In this document: positions 58,411-64,000 of the stretch, piece after piece
How the letters are laid out: every line of letters begins with the position of its first letter
How positions within the stretch are numbered: the stretch's first letter is position 1
Origin: Eledone cirrhosa
Lineage: Eukaryota
Reading direction: 5' to 3'
Length of the DNA stretch: 64,000 nt
NCBI GenBank assembly: GCA_964016885.1
Contig: OZ024742.1
Span: forward strand, 287,184,001-287,248,000
Translations under genes and position numbers: made by a program
Notes under the pieces: model-generated
Databases searched by the model: none
The model's input: only the letters and a program-made list of their open reading frames with translations
Told to the model about the DNA's origin: nothing

Positions 58411-60026
58411 ATTTCTTTATTAGCCACAAGGGCGCACAAGAAAAGGGGACAATACAAAGACATATGCCGGGGATTTTACATACAGTCGTGTAAAAATATT
58501 GAAACAAACAATTATAACAATTGAAATCCCCAATAGGGGGGAGGCGCCACAAATGGGTTGTTTAATACCCCGTCGATAGAACAATCCTCAACTTCAGAAG
58601 CGTGTTGTGCAAGTGCTCCTTTCTTCCTTTTGCTCTCTTCTTTAACCTACAGGCTTATAAACAGAGAAGGCCCAATCACTCGGGTCATTTTCGCTTCATT
58701 CACCCACCTTTCAGTAAATTTTCTGGGGTGCAGTACCTCTCTCTCCACTCTGATTCTCCTTTTAAAGTGATACTTAAAGAAGGGAATCAATTGTTGTCCG
58801 GAGAGAAAGGCACCTGCTCTCAGTCCTCTCAATTTCGTCCACCATATAACCTCTTTCACCATAACCACTGTACAGAGGAAAACCGCCTCTCTTTCGTTTT
58901 TGAAAGAGGCTGGCGGTTTGATCCTCACTATGGACTCGGCAGTCAACTGGATTTGTCCCATACGCGACAGCAGTTCTGCATATTTCCACAGGTCGCTTAC
59001 ACCCGGACAGTGTACAATTGCGTGCAAGACGGTTTTAATGTCCTGCTCGCATCTTGGACACGTCCTCTTTCAAGGATCCCTGCTGCGTCGTCCGTGCCTG
59101 TAGATCTTGTCTCGAACGGGTAAAGCTCCTCGGTAGCACTGCCAGGTCAGGGACTTCTGGAAGTTGTACATAGGTCTCGGGCGGAAAGTCCTACCGAACA
59201 GACTGGTGAGCTCGTCGTCTTCGACGCCTAGAGTCTCCCCGAGCACGTCGTTGCTCTTGTAAAGTACTGACCCTCTATATAATGTCGAAGTGGAGTTTCC
59301 ACTAATTGCTGTGGCCGCTTGACAGAGGACTGTGAGCGCCTGGGCGCATTCAATGTGCCAGGCGCCCATCTTCGGTCTTCGCTTCACGCAGGACTGCATC
59401 TCCGTCAGCGAGACAAGTTGTGGGAAGGCCTGTCTCACAAACGGTGCCCACACCGGTTGGTCGGTGAGGTATACCTGGAGATGCCCTAGCCTCAGCGCAT
59501 GTTTGCGCATCATTAGCCACGGCATGCCCAGCTCTCCGTTGGAAGGGTGTTGACAGCAGACGGATCTCCTCACCAGTGGAGCCTGCTTCTTCCACAGGAA
59601 CTGGAAGAGCATGCGTTCCATCTTGGTGAGGTATTCACGGGGACGAGGCACGACAGTCAAGCGGTAGTAGATGACGGACGCTATGAAAGTGTTCGCCACC
59701 TCCGCTCGACCTTTCAAAGACAGTTTGCACTCTGCCCACTTCTGGGTGAGCGCAAATACCTTGGCCATGACCTCGTTCCAGTTTTTCTCCAGCTGAAGGT
59801 CTGGACCGAACCAGACCCCGAGCAATCTCACCGGTCCTTCCATCCAGCGTCCGACGACGCTGTCGGACGGCATCGGTTTGCCTTTCCACGTTCCAAGTTG
59901 CAAATCGACAGACTTGTCCGGGTTCAGTTTTGCTCCTGTGAACCTTTCGTATTCCTGTAGTAGGTTACCGACTACCTCGATTTCCGAGGTTTTCGACACC
60001 ATTACCATCACGTCGTCGGCATAGAG
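58411..60026 (-). mobile_element. 5'-truncated L1/Tx1-clade LINE, frameshifted
   Basis: LYADD, GAKLNPDKS, RLLGVWF, LSLKGRAEVAN, ALPVR, CPRC...H...CP knuckle; AATAAA at the 3' end abutting (TATC)n. Confidence 0.88.
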
Positions 60027-60072
<46 letters not shown>

Positions 60073-60106
60073 TCACAAGGATCAAAGCTATGTTCAAAGC
60101 ATTTAT

Positions 60107-60154
60107 TCACCTACAATTGTTTCATCCAAACCTAGGCTTGGAGTCTTCGGAGCA
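60107..60154 (-). ncRNA. Degenerate hammerhead-like motif
   Basis: TGCT-CCGAAGA-C-TCCAAG CCTAGG TTTGGA-T-GAAAC-AATT-GTA-GGTG; palindromic ACAATTGT; weak stem I. Confidence 0.55.
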
Positions 60155-60211
60155 TTTTTCAATGCTTGTACATATAATTGACCTCCTATCCAACGCAAGA
60201 GACATACAGAT

Positions 60212-60285
<74 letters not shown>

Positions 60286-60457
60286 ATGTACAGTGGAGTG
60301 GCATATATTATACTATACTATATTTGTACAGCAATTCAAATTTAAAATCAAAATTAAAATACATGCGGCAGATAACACAGATAATGCAAGAGGATAGTTC
60401 GATAAACAAATCTAGTAGATAGTGTATGCGCTAGTATACAATCAGATCTAGAAGATA

Positions 60458-61724
60458 GTGGATGCTACCCTTTACCTAGACTCTAAAATATATACCCCAT
60501 TCCATAAACCTAACGAAAAACTAATTTACGTAGATACCAAGTCTAACCACCCTAGATCAATATTAAACTCTATCTCTAAAGGAATATCCAATAGAATCTC
60601 TAATCTATCTTATGACGAAACCATATTTAGCAAAAACTCACAATACTATAATCAGCCATTAGCTAGATCAGGCCATAATAATGAGATTGAGTTCCTACCT
60701 ATAAAAACACATAGTTACAACATTATTTCTCACAATATGTCCATGAGGAAAAATAGTAATAAGAGTAATAACCACACACACACTAATACGAAGGGTAGCA
60801 ACAAACGTAACTCACACCAGAGAAGACACCAAAATACCATAAACGGAAACACCTCAACAGATAAAAAAAAACAAAAAATAGAAGAACTAATACATTTTTC
60901 AACCCCCCCCCCTTTCAATCTAAACGTCTCTACCAACCTACCTAAGGATTTCTTCTCACTCCTGGATAAAAACTTCCCATCTGGCCACAAGTACCATAGT
61001 CTTATAAATAAAAACACCATTAAAATCTCATACTCTACCACGCCTAACATAGCATACCACATAGCTAGTAGCAATAAAAGAAAGATTAATATTTACTTTC
61101 AACAAACTAAAACACAGCAGGGGTAACTTTCAAAACAACGTAATAATTGCAAACCCTGATAGCAATAGTAATAATAGTAATAAAAATAATGAAATCAATA
61201 GCATTAGGAGCGACAACCTTCATAGCCATAATGCAATACCTAGCAACCAGACTTCTACACAACATAATAACCGACAAGTTAACATCCAAAATAAATGTAA
61301 CTGTCGATCTAATAGAACCTGCCCTTTAGGTAAAAACTGCTTAATCAAGGACATCATCTACTCATGCACGGTCAGAACTAGCAACTCTTCTGAAACCTAT
61401 ATAGGCTCCACTTCGAACTGCTTCAAAACGAGATACAACTCACATCTCCATTCTTTCAAAAAACACAGTCTAGCCAACTCCACTTCACTATCTAGCTACA
61501 TACACTATCTGAAAACTAGAAATAGTTCATATACACTTCAATGGGAAGTGATAGGTAAGGCGGTATCGTACAAACCTCCTAATAAATTCTGTAACCTCTG
61601 TCTACTAGAGACCCATACTATAATCTTTTCAAACCTTAACCTCCTTAATAAAAAGTCGGAAGTGTTTGCGTCGTGCCAGCACCGCTTCCGACACTCCTTC
61701 CAAAGCTTTAAACCCAATATATAG
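60458..61724 (+). pseudogene. Second Penelope-like family (Naiad-like): RT thumb, linker and GIY-YIG, 5'-truncated and frameshifted
   Basis: PFHKPN...SNHP...PPFN...NFPSGH...NTIKISYS; from 61281, CNCRSNRTCPLGKNCLIKDIIYSCTV...YIGST..FKTRY..H..SF...CNLCLLE...LNKKSE...CQH* (absent from the ORF track because it has no ATG). Confidence 0.85.
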
Positions 61725-62491
61725 CAATGTCAGACTTGAACACATCACCGCTTCTAACACCACACCTCAAGGGCATGCCTTCCACCACCACAACACACTC
61801 TCTGATCCACCCTTTCCTCGACACAAATCATTCTATCTATCTATAACTTTATACCATAGAAATATCCCCATAAACACCAACTTTTAATATAATTACTTTC
61901 AATTACTTATAATTATATAGGGATATAAATATTATACTAGATACGACAGTGAATTATATATGCAATTGTAATTAAATGTATGCAGTAATAACATCAGATA
62001 TATATAGGATTAATTTATTAACATAAGGGATCTGTCTAACTTATATGTAGGGTGGTGCAATGAATTATATATGAATGTATAACTTGATGGATAGATTAAT
62101 GACATTGTAAATGAGGGATGTATTTGTCTACCCAAGAGATGTATTTGATTTTATCATGCAAACAGCCGTACGCTGCTCCATAGCTTACCGGGGGCTATGT
62201 AGACAAAATTCTAATTGGTCCTTTGATATGTTTTGAGAGTAGACTGTATTTACAGTGAATTTTGATATAAAGATATAGCACTTTGTGTGGGAAATTCAAT
62301 TATAGCGCTATATAATAAAGAGTAATCAACTTCCTATAGATACCTTTAATACATTATGATAGAGTAGACTGTATTTAAAATTAAATATAAATATATAACC
62401 TTTTATATAAGTACTTAAATATAAGTACTTAAATATAAGTATGTACACGTACATACATATATGTGTGCAATTTCGTTTCATTTTTTCCGTT

Positions 62492-62538
<47 letters not shown>

Positions 62539-62627
62539 ATGTAAAAGGTAAACAGAAATAACAACACAATCGGTACATTATATGGAAGGTATATATTAGG
62601 TTAACGCTTGATATAGCAGGAAGAGGG

Positions 62628-62662
62628 TCTTAACGTTTCGGACGCTAGTCCTTCATCAGAAT
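62628..62662 (-). ncRNA. Minimal hammerhead motif in an isolated pLTR-like fragment
   Basis: CTGATGA-A-GGAC TAGC GTCC-GAAAC-GTTA; palindromic AACGTT; stem I only about 2 bp. Confidence 0.6.
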
Positions 62663-62808
62663 AAAGAATGAGAAATAAAATCGATTGAGGGGACGGGCGG
62701 GATGGAATTGGAAAAAAAATGTCTTTAGATACAAATAACATTCATGTTGCCATCTCTTGCAAAACTGTTGGTGCTGGCGTTTTGTGTATGATTTGTTTTT
62801 TTAGAAAA

Positions 62809-62862
<54 letters not shown>

Positions 62863-63014
62863 TATGTCTCATTTGAAATAATACAGCCAATTTTCCACGC
62901 AATACTTTTAGTTAGCACCCCGAACACATAATTGGGAATATAATCACTTATTTCCTAATGTTTGTTGAGTGAATTGGAATTTGGCCGGAGTATCGCTAAA
63001 AAGCTTTCTCCGAT

Positions 63015-63100
<86 letters not shown>

Positions 63101-63305
63101 TTTTAGAGAGAAAAACGTTAGAGAAAGCAAGTCTATCCTTGACACTCGTGAATTCCTTGGACGATCTTTACTTTTTCATGCTACAGTGTATCTGAAAACC
63201 ACTCTTCTCACCAAAAAACCACTCTTCTTAGTTACCGACGACCCGACTATATACACATGTATATGTATGTGTACCACACACACAGAGATAGACAGACAGA
63301 CATAA

Positions 63306-63385
<80 letters not shown>

Positions 63386-63894
63386 TACACATACACACAC
63401 ATATACACACATACACATTTATATAGTGTCATGACACTCTTGAATGCTACTGGTAACATATAACCAATTCAGTACAACCTTCCACATGATCTGGTCGTTG
63501 ACGACTAAATAGGTAACCCCATCGAGTTTGCTTAGTGAGGAGGAGGATTTTGGACACCCTGGCAAGATGAAAAACAAAACCTGACAAAAGAAGGGCAGTT
63601 GATCTCATGTGAGTCAACGACCATCCAATAGTTTGAACATATGTTTATGTGGGTTTGTGTGGGATTGTTTGCGTGCAGGTGTGTGTGTATGCTTATATAT
63701 AAATAAAAGAAAGAAACATAGGGAAAACGTAGGTTTATCCGTTGAGCTGATCCGTTCTGGGGGAGATTATGTTGTCATGGCCATGCATGGGCTAGTTTTA
63801 TCTATATGGCATGGTGAGCCTGTCTCTCAAGATTGAGTAGATGCAATTTTGCTGTGATTAACAAGGGCAAGGGCTCCAAGTCTGAATGCTTGAA

Positions 63895-63993
63895 TCAGTA
63901 GAAAAGGTCTCGCCGAATCGTCTAATAAAATGGATCTGTTCTGGTGCCACCCCTGAGACCCAGTATGGATTTAGAACTGGGCGGGGTACTATA
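63895..63993 (+). mobile_element. Degenerate RTE RT fragment
   Basis: Frame reads NRLIKWI...PETQYGFRTGRGTI. Confidence 0.45.
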
Positions 63994-64000
63994 GTTACTA

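Overview
Eukaryotic, extremely AT-rich and microsatellite-dense DNA. The repeat content (RTE, CR1 and Tx1 LINEs, tRNA/CORE-type SINEs, Penelope-like elements) looks like a mollusc, probably cephalopod, genome; that assignment is inference. One host gene is visible: five phase-compatible coding exons of a tektin (TEKT3-like) on the minus strand (58364 to 42237), with no further exon found to the left. Mobile elements: a near-intact RTE LINE preceded by a perfect 203-bp array, a Penelope-like element (PLE) with an intact 1235-codon RT + GIY-YIG ORF, a Naiad-like PLE fragment, a deleted IR/DR Tc1 transposon, several LINE/SINE fragments and a tRNA-Asp pseudogene. The most striking unannotated signal is about eight distinct hammerhead-ribozyme (HHR) motifs, mostly in fold-back insertions in (TA)n with the ribozymes pointing outward. 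They include a 311-bp retrozyme-like tandem array and an HHR with a stem II of about 105-116 nt that caps both ends of an 8.1-kb non-coding palindrome. All structures were read by eye; none has been folded computationally or tested.
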